From contig OZ281500.1 of the NCBI GenBank assembly GCA_965637545.1, positions 20,708,001 through 20,772,000 of the forward strand: DNA of 64,000 nucleotides. The letters run 5' to 3'. Source of the stretch: Phallusia mammillata. Taxonomy: Eukaryota. The notes under the pieces were generated by a model. That model saw only the letters and a program-made list of their open reading frames with translations, searched no databases and had not been told where the DNA came from. A program made the position numbers and the translations under genes. Within the stretch, counting starts at the first letter, position 1, and every line of letters starts with the position of its first letter. Shown here one piece after another: positions 34,001 to 49,000 of the stretch.

Positions 34001-37000
34001 TAGTTCGTTAGTGCGTGGGTGTACTTTTTCTATTACTGGTTTTATCACGTTACTACTTGTTTTTCAGACACTGATGATGCTTGTGAAAGCGAAATACATT
34101 TGTTTTGTAAAACAATAAAAATACAGCAACTGATTTAGTGGTTTTACTTAAAAATTCCTAATAAACAAAGCGCTTAAATTTAAACATTTCAATGCCATGT
34201 ATAGTTGATCACTGCTACAATACAAGGCACTGACATGAATATACTACGAAAAAGTTAAACAACACTAAAGTGAATCCAAAATGCATTCACATAATCTAAA
34301 ATGGCTACACATTTAACCAGCATTAAACTTACCCGACATGTACAAAAACGCTGTCCTCGCTTACTGCCAAGTCGTCAGGGTCTTGGGGTTTTCGTCTCAT
34401 TTGTCTCCGTTTTGATGTAAAGGATTTTCTTTTTTCTTCTGCCATCTGCATTCTGTCCAAGTCGGTCCCACTGGGAAGTAGAAGCTCTCCAGGCTCGGAA
34501 GATGGAAGGCCAATGCCTGTAATGGAAATGTAATCTAAGTTATGCTGATCGGATTTTACCATAAATCCAGTTTAAACGGGCGTTTCGTTAAATATGGACT
34601 AGGGTGGAATAGAAAAAAAATCACTGAATATCAATATATGCAGTAAACCTCGGTGAAAATGGATTAGGTGAATCCTGATCTAAATCCTGAAGGTACAAAT
34701 GATTTGTAATGTATTAAAGGCTTTAACTAATTGACATCAGTTAATCCGGATCTTTGCCTAATCCGGACATTTTTTGGTCCCAACAGGCCTGGATTAACCG
34801 AGGTTTACTGGGTAATAAATGTTTGTAAGGCTCGGACTTTAACAAGGCAAGAAACTTAACAAACGTAATATATTTTAGTTAGTAGTTAAACCAACTGATC
34901 CCCAAGGTAGACAATTTAGAGTAGTAATTGTCCTTAACAGAGTATCGAGCCACTATAACAACACAAGTCGGTAGGGCCAATGTCTTGTCAACATCTGCAC
35001 TGATGAGACCTCATAGGTCGAATCTGTGTGCACTGTCTGCAGTTTAATTAATATTAACACTTGATACAATCAATCAAAAATAACAAAAACGTTAGACTGT
35101 TAGCAGTAATATATACATCACTTGAAACGTATAATAACATCAAAAAACAGTTACGGATTAGGTCTGGTTCATTGATGATACGCCTCAAAGGCCAACAGTG
35201 TGCACCGCAGTCAATACACAAGCATTGATTTGTATTGTTAATCCGTCTTACCGTTTCTGAATGAATCGGTAGGCGTGTCCATAGGTAAATGACCGTGTTC
35301 AAACGAGTTTTGGTTGGCATTGTAAGGGCGTCGACCTTCGTCGGGCGACCAAGACTTGGGCCTAGATACCTGAAAAGTAATAGTCAAGTTTTAAATTGTA
35401 GATATTTAATTATTTTTAGGAACTGTGCACATAACGTAACAGACAGGTAATGGATATAATTATATACACACGCATTCTGGTAGCTATGTCTTTGTTTAAT
35501 AAACCTGCTTTAAACTGATGACACAACATCGCAATTTAGTGGAACATTATAGATGAATAGCGATAGGTAAACAATATTAGTTAATCAAGCTGTCCCGCAG
35601 AGGAAATCAATAAATTTACACCGACTCCTTAAAACGCAGCACAGACAAATATGCTGCGCGAAAAAAACGCACACCAGAGTTTACTAACATTAACTGACAA
35701 AAATAGTTACACATAATACATTTAGAGTGGTTATTACGGGGGTAATAACATTATCATGTTTTATCTTCGTGACGTCATAGTTGGCAATCTCAATTTTTTG
35801 ATAAAACGGTAAAAACATCGTCTAGTTGTTCCCAGGGATAACGGTAACATAAAAAGTTAATAGCTACTGCTGCTACTGTATTACATAACTCATACACGAG
35901 ATACCACGTCACAAGCGTGACCATAACGCACCTTAGGTGTCGCTAAAGAGGCGATATCGAGCAGTCGTCGGTTGAGGTCGAAATCGTGGCTGTCCTCTAA
36001 CAAGTTGTCTTGGTTCTCATCCGTTATTTGGATGATCGGTGCGCCGCATCTTGGCGAGACAACAGCAACTGGATGGTCATCTGCGATGCTCGGCTCCGAT
36101 AGACTGGACTCCGAACGAGAGCGAAACAATTTGTTGTGTCTTTGGGAGCTAGAGCGAAAGATATTAAATTTAGGCAATGTTGGAATAAATTACACACACC
36201 TCTCTGTAGTATAAACACTGTGCTTATACAAAAAAATAGTCCTGAAGAAATGCGCGCCCATTACAGACGATTCGGACTGATTTAAGTGTACTGAAAACTT
36301 CGGTTTGGTATGTTATATTATATGGTTTACGCGTTTTAGGAACGCAACGAAAATGTGTTTTAAAGATTCGAGTACAATTTAGGTTTGTTTCGCGTAGGAA
36401 TTAGACATAAATATATAAATTGGTATATTTAATGAAGCAACTTTAAATACTACGAGAACACACCAAAATTATCAACTTCGTAACGCCCTTGGCTTTCAGT
36501 TCTGAAATAGGGTTCAATCCGATATTTACAGCAGCTTTTACTGTTTTTCTATATTTGTCACTGGTGTGTAAAAAAAGTGTAGGGGTCAATTCGCCCACAG
36601 CCAAGCAACCATGTTTGGATGAAACTGCCACTAATTTTGCATGCTTGGTTGAATTGAGCGGTCCACTTATCACTGCAAGTCTAGCGTTCCTTATAAGACG
36701 AAACAGTGTGCATCAACGGCAGAATATTATTTATACTGTATCAAACAAATTGACTGAAAATACACCAACCTAGCCGCCAAAATCCCTTCATATTCGTCCA
36801 GCTGTTTCAAGAACGACGGGTTTGGGTTAACAATTGACCTGCACTTCTGTACAAACTGCAGGGCGGCGGTTTTTGTCCATTGCTTTTCCTTCATCAAGTA
36901 AGCAGCAACGGTGGCTCCAGAACGGCTTATTCCCATCTTACAATGCACTAGGCATTTTCCACCAGCCCTTCTGGCCTCGTTCACGAATTTCCATGTAATA

Positions 37001-40000
37001 TTCCAGTGTGGTAGAAGGTCAGATTCTTCTATGTCGTATAGGCGGATATTTTTGTAAGTGAAGTCGTCTGGGAAGAAGTTATCCACTTCGAGTGTAACAT
37101 TGAGAATGTGCGTGATGCTGGAAAAAGTTACATTTTTGAGCTAACCAAAATTACGTGTTTTAACTGGTCCGCTAAACAGCTAAAGTCCTCATAAGGTATA
37201 CCATACACGCTGAAGTCCTTGTACAGGCATACCATACATTTTTTCAAGGACTGTCCTCGTTTTTAACAAAAACCAAGTTGTCCCCCGTTGACAGTAAAAA
37301 AATGCCCAAAGCCCTACATTATAATTTCCAGTTTTTACTTAATATGTATATATGTCACAAGTGTGCCTTAAAAACAAATTCGATTGAAGTTAACAATTTA
37401 GAAGTTGGCTAAACTTCATCCCAACTACGTTATGTTGATTAACTGCTTTGTCGAATATCTGGGGCTTTTATTTTCTTTGGGTCCCAAAAGTAGCTTAAAA
37501 TCTGCTTTATGTATCCTTTAAGTCGTGATAAAAATATGGTAGGCTTCTAAACCACCAATTTCGCAAACAAAAGAGTTTTGCAAGGTGCGACCTACGAGAG
37601 TTTGTTTGGTAAACAAACTGAGAAATAAAAGATCTTACAAAGATTGTTTTAATTTAAAAAAAATACTATTTACGGATTTGTTCACGACTTAGTTTCTTTC
37701 GTGAAAATAACGGCTCAAATAGACGTAAAAAGCGACATGCTTTATATTTCAAACGTTTAGGCAAATGCTCATGCCATCATCAGTGATATTGATATCACTA
37801 TTTTGGCCGTTATTTTCACCATTAAACAAAAATCGAAAGAAACGAAGTCGTTTAACCCTAAAAAGCGTTGGCTTCATGACAAAGAATATTCACAACTTTT
37901 ACCCGAGCTCCTCTAATTCATCAAAGTTTGAAGCGTTCCACTCTGATCCGAGATAAAGATAGTCAAGAATCTTAGATGAACAATCCATTTGTCCGAGAAT
38001 AGTCAGCATCTCAGTATCAATATATTCCTTGTAATTACTCAGGTCCATGTCAATCTACGACGAAAAAGATTTATCACATATGGGCTAGAAGTAGTAGACA
38101 TTTATCATGTTATAATATTGAAGTTTGCATAAAACAACCCATTTTGTGCCGCAATTTTACCAACTTGGGGCCTCATTCGTGCTTTTTTGTAGACATTTCG
38201 GGCTTGTACTTTCGGGTTCGAGACGTGTTTGGGCCCCACTTTCAAGCCCGATTGCAAAACTTAAGCCTGTGTGTAGCTATTGTCGTGCACTTATTGCAAG
38301 GTAAACTTACAACGCCGTTGTGCACTAATCTTCGCACGAAACGGTTGTAAGCCGACTGTAATTTTTTGAGCTCACTTTCAGACCTGAGAATTTGAGATAG
38401 TACAATTTAACTTATAAATGGCACAAGATGGGTCGTAAAATAAAAATCGCTATTGTAAAAGCATATTTTTTCACTTCTCAAAAGCTAGATATTTCAAGCC
38501 TATGCCTTTCTCTGTAGGAATGCTTGTTAGACCAGGTTGATTCCATAAAACGCCTTCAATTGGCCTGGCGTACTATGACACTATAGAAAAATGACCAAAC
38601 ACAAAACTTTCAGCACCCATATGTACACAACCCAGCAAAACATACAAGCTTCAAGACTTACCGCTTTTTCGAGCGCCCTTCGTATTTCCCTGCATGTGCA
38701 GTTATCCAAATCCATCGTCATCATAACCTGCTTTAACTTGCTGCGGATCAATGTCTCCACTGGGGCGCGCTCCGGGTCCCTGTAATCACAAGCAGTGTGA
38801 AAATAATCTTACAGCATACTCATTATATGATAAGATATAAGCAACAAAGTGGGAAGTAGTGTGGCTCAGAGTTGCAAGCGGGCCCGAAATCTGAGCCCGA
38901 ACCCGGCCCGAACCCGAAAGTATAAGCCCGAAGCCCGGCCCGAACCCGAAACGTTCTTGAGAAGCCCGTTTAGGCCCGAAATGTTGATTGACAGGCCTAC
39001 ACACAAAAGCCTTGCAACAAAGTATGAGAAAGAAAATAAGACAAAAGACAACAAACACAATGAACGATAGTAGACAATGGGGCAAACAATACGTTTTAGA
39101 GTAGGGTGGGCGTTAGGTCCAAGCCAAAGAATTGTTACTAAAAACTGGCGGAAACGGAACGAGAAGTCAGGCCCGTTTCGAGCCCGTTTTCTGACAAATT
39201 CCTAAGCCCGAACCCGGCCCGACTTGCAACTCTGGTGTGGCTGCAATTGCTTATACGCTCAATGTCTTATTACTATAGCTGCACTGATGAGACCTTTTAG
39301 GTCAAAACAGTGTGTACTGTGCAGCTTGTATTTATCACGTAAAACAAGTGTTTGACAGTTTTGACAAAAAAACTATTTTTTGAGAGCATATAAACGCGCT
39401 GGTTTGCTTATGCACTATTTCAATGATAATGTTGTCGACGAAACTTTCCTCTGTGGTTGAGTAATTAAAATGTCTAGGTTTCATGTGACACTAGTGGCAA
39501 TTTGGTTTTTAGCTATTTCGTAGAACATCGAATAATTGAAGACCTTGTTTCGGTGGTTCAAACTCAGAGCAGTAAATCATGCCTTAGTATAAACAAAACG
39601 AGCTTGATTAGCACACAAAGCCACATTTGTCAATTTCACCTTGGTTAGTCCAACATTGGGGCCTAATTCGGGTAATATTTTTTGTAATTCGGGTTCGGGG
39701 TAGCTTACATCTCTGTTTCTACTACATAAATATGCACAAAAAGGATGGAAATCGAAATTCTTTGTCCTATAGTCCTGGTGAATTTACAAAAATAGAGCTA
39801 TTAATAACAACAAGATCGAGTGCCCTAATGTATCTACTATCTACACCACACTCGTTAACCGGGCGTTGAACTTGCGCGAGTGGCAGCTTAATGTCAACAG
39901 ATAAGATGAGCGGGTTGTTAATTGTCCGGATGTCACACGGCATTTCACGCTTATAATGTTTGCGAAAAAATGTCAACCCTATCTGCCTCTAAAACGCGTT

Positions 40001-43000
40001 CGCCTAAAGCCAAATATGGATTGCTAGCTGATACACATAAATTTCAACTAGAATGAGTTACAGGGAAACACACAATGGTTTATAACTTGGGTCACTAAAG
40101 AACTCAGACCTCAACGGCAGTGAAAAATATTTAATAAATCGTATGGAACATATTGTCAAACACGGTGTATTTATAGTATTTTTAATATTGAATATTCACG
40201 CTTACAGGCAATTTCTCACAGGTATGTGCTTGATTAGTTAGGAATCCACCTATATAAGTTCAAATATGGTTGTTTTCGTCTTTTTCGAAACTTATGTACG
40301 GATTTGTATAGGTTACGTGGCCCACGCTGCATAAAAGTTAGTTTGGTAACTTTTAATTTATATGGACTAAAGCGGCAAAAGACCAACAATTACCTTACAC
40401 GCAAAGGTGAAAAACCACAGTCAACCAATTAAACATTTGTCGTAATGTTTCACCACAGCATCAAGTTTCACTTTTAGCGACAGCTTCCTATTCTATGTAC
40501 CTTGCTTGCAAATGAGTCCCTTTCATTACGAATACTGTGTACAATGGTAGGGAAAAATCACAGACAGTAAATGCGACGGGACGAATAAAAATGAGACTAG
40601 TCAAGTGGCTTTCAACCACAACATTGAAAAGGTAGCAGTTTTTGCGTCTTATTTTCAAACCGCAAGCCGCTTAGTGTGTATTTTGGACATGGAAAAGTTG
40701 CGCAATATAAAAAGAATTTTTGCGTCAGGTATGTCCTAATTATAAAGGAGAATTGCGTCTCAAAAGTTTTTAAGAAATCTTACTCAAATAGAATCTTTAA
40801 AAAGCAATTGTCGGCTTAAAATGCCTACTATCAGAGGATTGATCTAGTGGAAATCATTATTATTTTGGGTTATAGCACACATATACTTAATGATGAAAAT
40901 AACGGCACAAATAGACTTAAAAACGACATGCATTACTGTTCAAACGTTTCGTTAAATGCTCATGCTATTATCAGTGATATGAAGGGCCACATCAGTTACA
41001 CCCGTTCATATCCACTTGAGTCACGTAAAAGTTGTTTCTTAATAACTTTTACCAAATATTTTATATAGTTTCTTAAATTATTTGTAGGTCACAAAAGTTA
41101 CGACTCACTTTTCAGCAAAATAGTTAGGTCTGGCCGCCCATAGGTCTTCATTATATTCCCATTCGTTGATGTAAAGTCTTTCAGATGTTATACGACTGTG
41201 GTAAAATCCTGTCCATGTAAGATAGAGGCTACCTTCGAAATAGTTGTGTCTTTGGGCGACGTCCACTGCTCGGTGCAAAGTCTGAAGCGCCGACCTGCAG
41301 TAAGGAATAATTCTATTTATTTTGTTAAAATGAACAAAATTAGTAATTAGGATCAGCTCTGAAACGTTCACGCAGACCAGCGATCACGGCACATTCACAG
41401 TACGCCAGGTCTATTGAAGGCGTTCGACCGAAGCACTGTATATAATGCTGTATAATGCTGGCGCACTTTGATCTATCTGTTTAGGTTAATATGTGCTTTG
41501 GAAAGGCCTTATTTATGCGGACGTACTTCGATAAGTATAACAAACAAGATACGGTCATTATATTCTAAAACTGACGCAGTTGATATTTTATGCCAGACAT
41601 TGTTTTCTAAAGATCGTAACGTTTAAAGGCCTTGGGTCCAATGGGTATACACTACCAAAACATATAAAAAGGCAAAACCAAAATAGGCTGGTTTAAATTA
41701 CGCGCCACTTTTTGGTTGGGGTTCAGTGCAATTGCGTTAATCGAGGTTACAAACTGGAACCGTATTGTTTTCACTTTAAACAGCAAGTGTATAGAAGTCT
41801 AGACTTGGCACCACAGCCTGCAGGACCACCTATCTATCAACAATGGCCTCTTGGCTTTTGCTATTGTTTGTCCGTATATGGTTAATGTGCTGCAAGAGGG
41901 AAGTAACGGAGAACTTAAAACGCAATTTAGAAACCTACACACCTACTGACTTTCCTTAAAGCGGCCGTACACCAAAACAGACATTCATCACATACGAGGT
42001 ATTATATGTTAAGACATGGAAATTATTGTGCAATCATGGGCGCAACTAGGGGGGCAGTTTCGTCGGCATGCCAGGTGCCTTTTCTATCGGCGTTATTGCG
42101 CATAACGGCTCTCGTACAGCGCCGAAAACACAGGTTCGTTCGCATCAAAGCTAAAAATAACTTTCAAATGACAGGACAAGGCGCCGGTACAGCAGTAAAT
42201 CGCTTCATCGTGTATTGCGATGGTAAAAACGGAGTTTCTGCGATGTATTTATACAACAACCTGTAGCGGCCTCTCTCACTACCGTTATCGTGTGCTTTCA
42301 TACTACAGCAAACCGGACAGATTGCCTTCTTTCTCTGACACTCGTCTTATGCGGCGTATTCGCTCATTGTGTTATTCTATTACGATGTACCTCGAATAAA
42401 CACCTCGCTACAAACCTAAATAACCGCAACAACGATCTTTGTTCGAACTTGAAAACGTATTTACAAGTAAACACAGAAAAATAAAATGTTTATCGGCGTG
42501 GAACTTCAGCCAAAAATCTTTCAGCAACTTGTTTGTAATTTACGTCCACGTCTCTATGTAAAGCCATCATTGCAATTCCGCTAAGTCTTTTAGCACCACA
42601 ACTATTTCGAAGGTAAGTCTTTAACCTTTTAAGGTCTGAAAAGGTTCTCTCCACTGAAGCAGTAGTGCAAGGTACTGTGAGGAAAATTTGTGAAAAGCAA
42701 TGAATATTCGGGTAGGCTTCTTCCTTAGCATGGGGTAGAGTTTCATCAATCGATGTAGGCAAAGAAAAGAAGTTGGTGTTTTTCCATTTTAAAGCCCATC
42801 GGAAAATCTCTTGCGCTACAACGTCTGCTGAATGCAACAAATCTCTCTCGTACATGTCTATAATATCGCTAAAGTGACTCTTCGCGTCTCCTGGGCAAGT
42901 GATGTTAGATTTGTTAATATTAACAGGAATAAGATCTGATATTTTGGCCACTTTTTGAAAATGTAAATTGAATCTCCTGGATAATTCAGAAATGACAGAT

Positions 43001-46000
43001 CCTATAAAAGGCTGGAATACATTTTCATAATAAAAACTCTCGACTTCTTCATCAGTGGGATTTGAACGGAGGTTTCTACACGATCGCAATATAAAATTTT
43101 CGTCAGCGATTTTACAAGCTTGTTTGTAAACGTCAAGGAACGTTTTTCTTGCATCTGTCAAAACATGTTCAAACATTCGTTTGATATCATGGACCATTTC
43201 ACAAACAGAGAGAAGATCGTTGGTTGTCTTTTGTAGTTTTTGTGAAAGCATTAGCATAGCTTCTGACACAAATTTAATAATCACTGCAGATACAATGAAG
43301 TCAAAAGATTTTACCCTGTAGCTTAATAGTGCGGCTTTATCAGAGGTGTTAGTGTCACGGTCGTCCTCCAACAAGTGCAAACACTGTAAAATTGCAGGAA
43401 AAAGCTCTACAAAACGAACCACAGCGTCATGTCTTTCAACCCATCTGACCGTGCAAAGAGCAACTAGAGTGGTCTTGTTGTAATTGGGAAAAATTATACT
43501 ATCACAATGGACTTTGTGACTTACAAGTGTTACTTTTTCACGGCATTCGAAGCAGTACAATCCAAGGGCGAATCCCAGTTTTTTTAGATTATTAGTGAAA
43601 AAGCGCGTCGGACCATTCGACCAATCTATGATACGCACTTAGCAATACAATCGTTTTTGGGAAAGTCGTATTGGTAGTTTGTTGCCTGCCCCCTCAATTT
43701 TCCGCTAGTTGCGCCACTGTGTGCAATGTTACAGTTTGAAAAGAGTTATGTGCATAAACAAAGGCTGGCATATGCCACGTCGCAAATTTATGCACATTAG
43801 ACAATAGACGAGATTTGAATACGACAGAACGTATATGTTAAGATATTGACATAAACACCATTGAATGTCTGGCCACCTTTCCTTAAGGCTAGATATTCAC
43901 AACTTGCATGTTTTGCATTGTATATTATAGCAGAAAATTTTAAGGCTTGATACTCAAAAACTACTTGCGTGTCTTGTAATGCATATTATAGCAGACCGGT
44001 ACAATGTAGTGTAGCATTCGTGATACATTGTTGACAGTCTCAACAAGATTTACCCAATAACCGAGCGTTCAACTTTCTAGATCTGCAGATTATATGCCCG
44101 CCAAACACACGTTATTACGTAAAGTCGGCACCGTCAATCTACATTCTAAGCCAAGCATTTCCCTGTTGAACGCTAGGCTTAACGAATATGCTTATTAGGG
44201 ATGCCATTCATACAGCCTGAACGCAAAAGTATAGCTTATAAAAGGACCACTAAAGCTAGCTATTAAGTTTGTAATGATGGTATATTGTAATCTACATTAT
44301 AATTTTGATTTATTCAATAGAAATTGGCCCCATATATAATCATACACTGCCCATGTTGGCTATTAAAGTTATGTAATGACGGTATATAGCATATTGTAAT
44401 CTGCATTATAATTTTGATTTATTGATCAAAAATTTGCCTCACATATCATCATACTGGCTGTGCTGTTATTATAGTCTTGATGAGTTACCTCTATAACCCT
44501 AGATGATTAAATAAATTTCGACATGGGCCGAGAAGCATGGTGTAAAGAATATTTGGAAGTCATTTCCTCAACACATAATGTATACAGTAATGCGATATAG
44601 CTAATGATTACACAGCCGTATTTTCGCACGGGAAAAGGTGTGTCTGATATGATCGCTGTACTTACCACATGGCTTGCACCGAGACGGGTTTAAAGATATG
44701 CTTGCGTTCGTGACAAATCACCTTGAATCCTCTGTAACAAAACAGAACGGGTGTTTAGATTGAAGCTTAGGGATTTTGAGGTCTGGCATTTAACAGTTCA
44801 TTTTCTTGGAAGCTTAGTCCTGCTTCTAGGTATAGTAGGGGCTAAAATCGTTAATCAGCTGTCTGGACATGTGTTGACTGGTTTGTGACGTAAACATATA
44901 GGGGCTGTTGCATTTTGAAACTTTGTGTTGTGATGACATATTCATTGGCAATAATAACTGTGCAAAATATCGTATTATAATATTTTTTTAATACCGCGTA
45001 CCAGTGGCAAAAGTTTGAAAAAGGGGCATTGTGTTTGAAATGGAAAACATAGTCCATTAACCCTCCTAAAAATATCGTAACTATTAGTTTAAAACGCTGA
45101 TTTGTGGTTCAAAAAGTGTGCATTTAAACTGTTATTTTAAGGGAAAAACATAGACCCTTGTGTCTGCTAAAAAAGTTATCACTATAAACAAGTGGGTTTA
45201 AAACATTTAAACGCCATATCGCACCAAAACTGTGCGTTTTAATCTTTCAATTGGGGGAAGGGCATGGCCCCTTGGCCTTAGCTACAGCAATGTCGTGTAC
45301 TTTAATTGTAGCACTTTATACAATTCCGCCACAAAGCATATAGTGTTAAAAGTTTCAACGTTTTGCTCCTAAAAAGTATTTTACCTATCCTTCTAATTCG
45401 CTTTAAGCAACAAAACACACAAACGTAGTATGCTCATGTAGCGGTAAATATAAAACAAATTCTCAACTGACCCGTCGCCATCTAGTCGTATGCTTGTGTC
45501 GCACCATATGGGCAGTACAAGTCCAATCGTACATGTAGTGCTTTCACGTGTGGCAAAATCGCACCCCACAATGATGCTCTCGTCCGTGTCTTGCCGTCCT
45601 GGATTACTTATGATAACCAGGTAACGTCTGTGGTTCTCTTTCCAACTCTCCAAGCGCACAGCCTTAAAACATATGTAAAGTTTATAGCTAGTGTTAAAGC
45701 ATAGTTTCATTGAGCAAAAACGGTATGTGTGACAAAAAAAAAACAGTCGAGTTCGGAAGGACCAAAGAAAAATAGAAATATGAATAAGCATACCAACTTG
45801 AAAAGAGCAAAAAAACTAAAAACGTAGACTATATGCAATTAAACAGTCGGCGATATCTGCAAAAAACGGTGTTCACTTCAAAGCAAAACGAAATATAGAC
45901 CAGTTTACCAACTTTAAACAGAACAAAAACTTAGAAAATTATAGTTTTATGCAACACAAACAGTTTACTTTGGTGATTTGACAAAGACTAAGACTAGAGT

Positions 46001-49000
46001 TCAGGAAATACAAAATAGGGTCAGCTCACCAACTTAATGTTATCATGGGGCCGGAGATGATGAAAAATAGCTCGCAGATGAATTTGAAGTTCACCTGCAA
46101 GAAAAAGAATTTCGGAATAAATTTCAAAACATGATATGTTCCAATCAACAACCAGGCAATTTAAGTCGGTCGCATAGCTTATTGAACATGTACTGATTTA
46201 TGATGCTATATGCCGTTCATAGTGGTAAAAAGCACTTTAGACTACAAAGATGTAAATATTTAAGTTTGCAGCATGTACTAAGCAACGAACCAACTTTGGT
46301 CAATTTTTAAAGTAATTTTTAAAAAATATTTTGAAAAATCACAGCTTTGGACATAATGTTTTAAATTAAACTACATAAACTTAAGTTATTGGGTAGGTAT
46401 AACCGTGAAATAGTAACGCCTAAAAACACATCGTTCAGTTAAAAAATATCCTTGTCAGTGATCGAGCACCAATATATGCGACAGGAATCGAAAGGTATAC
46501 ACCGCTTTTAATCCCTGGTCAAGCATGCGTCCTAAATCCTATAACACCAAAGATAATCCAGAGCATCCGATAAACAAACATGTCCAGTCTTGTCCTGGAT
46601 TACTTGCGCGAAGGCAAAAATTGGGCAAAGGTATCCCAAAAATGCTCGGCCTTTTGCCTCGGGTCAGCCAGCAGGTCACGGTCTATCGATGGCCTAACCG
46701 CGACGTGTTTATGGCATTACGCCGCCGACGCCAGTTTTTACAGCTCAGAGGGACCTAAATTTTTAAAAATGCCTGGTTAAACGGCCTACAGGAAACTGAG
46801 AACCAAATGCCTGGGATTTTTGACCAGTTCGGTGATGGAAATTTACAGCTATTTAGTTGACACGGTCTAGTTCTCAAAAGCAATTTGGGCTTTTTGTGCC
46901 ACAATTTCCTATTGTATCCCACATCAAATAGTTTTTGGAGTTCAGGATTGTTCGAAAACAAAAACAAAAGCGCTTTACTCCATGGTTTCCAAAATACGGG
47001 TTTGTTTAGAAACCCAAACAATATGCAACAAAGCATTTGAACCATAAACAACCTTTAAGCCATTTAACTATCAAGCAAAATACACCCAAAGACGTCATAT
47101 TTTGCTGGTAAATATTTGCATACGAGTCCACTCTCCACGCAGGGTCACAAAACGTCTAAAAGCGTTATGCCGCTGTTTACCAAGTGCAGTCAATCTTATG
47201 TTTGCTATAGTCTCATCTACGAGTCTTTATACGCAGATCGGGCTAGCTTATGTCAAATAGAGACGGGCGTCGTCTTTAAGCATCACAAAAGCTATGACCA
47301 GTTTGTGGAATTCTATGGAAGTGGAAAAAATCAACCGAGCAACCGCTAAGAAAGATGAAGGGTTGGTAAATACACTGCTGACGCACGCACCACGCTAAAC
47401 AGCTTAGAAGTAAACTTGTATATATCAATGTGGTTACATAACAATGGCTCCATATATCAAGTTTAAAACACATAAACTGCTGTAGAAGTGCGAAATTTCT
47501 TGTATAGGAAGCAAAAATACTTGTATAGGTCTTTTTGTATAGGAATGTTTTAACCAAACAGTCACAAATCTAACTTTTTACAGTTTAAAAGACAAAGTAA
47601 ACTGGGTTGTCAACAAAAAGTTGCAGATAAACAAACGAATTTGAAAAATGGCTCACATCGCATAGACATCACAATGCCCTTTGTTCTCAAGAACTAATTT
47701 ATTGTTTATTGTTACTTCACAGGTTATTGTTATCTAAAACCAGGCGAAAGTAGCCTTATTTTGTGTGCTATCAATCTTTCAAAGTTGTTTACACACAACA
47801 AAGCAGTTTTTGATAGTTGATTAGCAAGCCTTCCTGTGGCGAAGCTTAAGAAACCAACGTCGCAAAGACCACAATAACACTGTAGTAACGACGCAAAGGA
47901 CAACAAAACACACCCCTTGCCAGTAAACATCAAAAACGTTGTCAGGAAATGCACGTTTGTCGGACAAACTGCCAGTCAAATAGTAACGTAAATCAACGTA
48001 CGGCCGCCAAGCACAACGTATTGTACCTCACATGTCATTATATGTGTGTCAATAGTTATTTCATGTCTTGTGTTGCTAGGTTAGCTTTTCCTATGTTTGA
48101 CAAAGCAACCATTGCTTATAAGCAGGGTTGCTATGGGCTAAACCCTAAAATAAGGACAGCATAAAAATTGAATTTCATGCGAAACAAAACAAACTTTTTT
48201 GAACAAATCTTTGCATTTACGAGCCATAACATATCACATGCCAGATTTTGACGTGAACCACCCCTGACCTTTCTTTTATGATGTCACAAATTCATGTCTT
48301 GATATACGCAAGACGCCAAAGGAAAAAGATGGAAGTTTTATAATTGTCAAAAATAAGACTATGAGGACTCAGTCAAAAACAAGGACATTTCTTAGAAATA
48401 AAGACAGTAATTTTTCCAAGACATTTTGCCCTTAAAAATAAGGAGGAAATCTTAGAAACAAGGATGGTATGGCAACCCATGCTTATAAGAATTGCAGGAG
48501 CGAGTGTAGCATAGATATATTACTGAAAACACGGTGCAGTAACCTCAGTCGGTAAGGTTCAAAATTAGAAAGACCGCAAAATTACATGAATTATTAACAA
48601 TTTCGGGTGCCGTTGCCACACACGTGATCAGACGGTCACGCACGAATGGGCACATTGCAAATCATTGCTAACCCTTATTTGGGCATACAGAACGTCTTTT
48701 GTTTACAGGTAGCGGCAACAACGAAGCCCTGATTGATAATAAACAACGACAGAAGTGGACAATGCACTGCGGCTTGAAGTATGTCAAGCAGCGGCTACCG
48801 AAGGCATTTCGATGGCATGATTAACCTATTAAGAATGAATCGGATTGCATGCGTGACTCACAATACAGCGAGGCTGCCAACGCATGCAAATAGGAATTTG
48901 AAGTGATAGGATCGGACAAAATTGAATGGACTTCGATTGCGGTTCAGTTATAGTATTGGTAAGGGTGGTCACTATGTTAATATGTTTTGATATGAGAAAA

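Noticed and set aside
34071-34115. CTGATGA..GCGAAA resembling a fifth hammerhead
   Set aside because: Extra base before stem II, no UH cleavage triplet and no similarity to the other four copies; it lies inside a different repeat.
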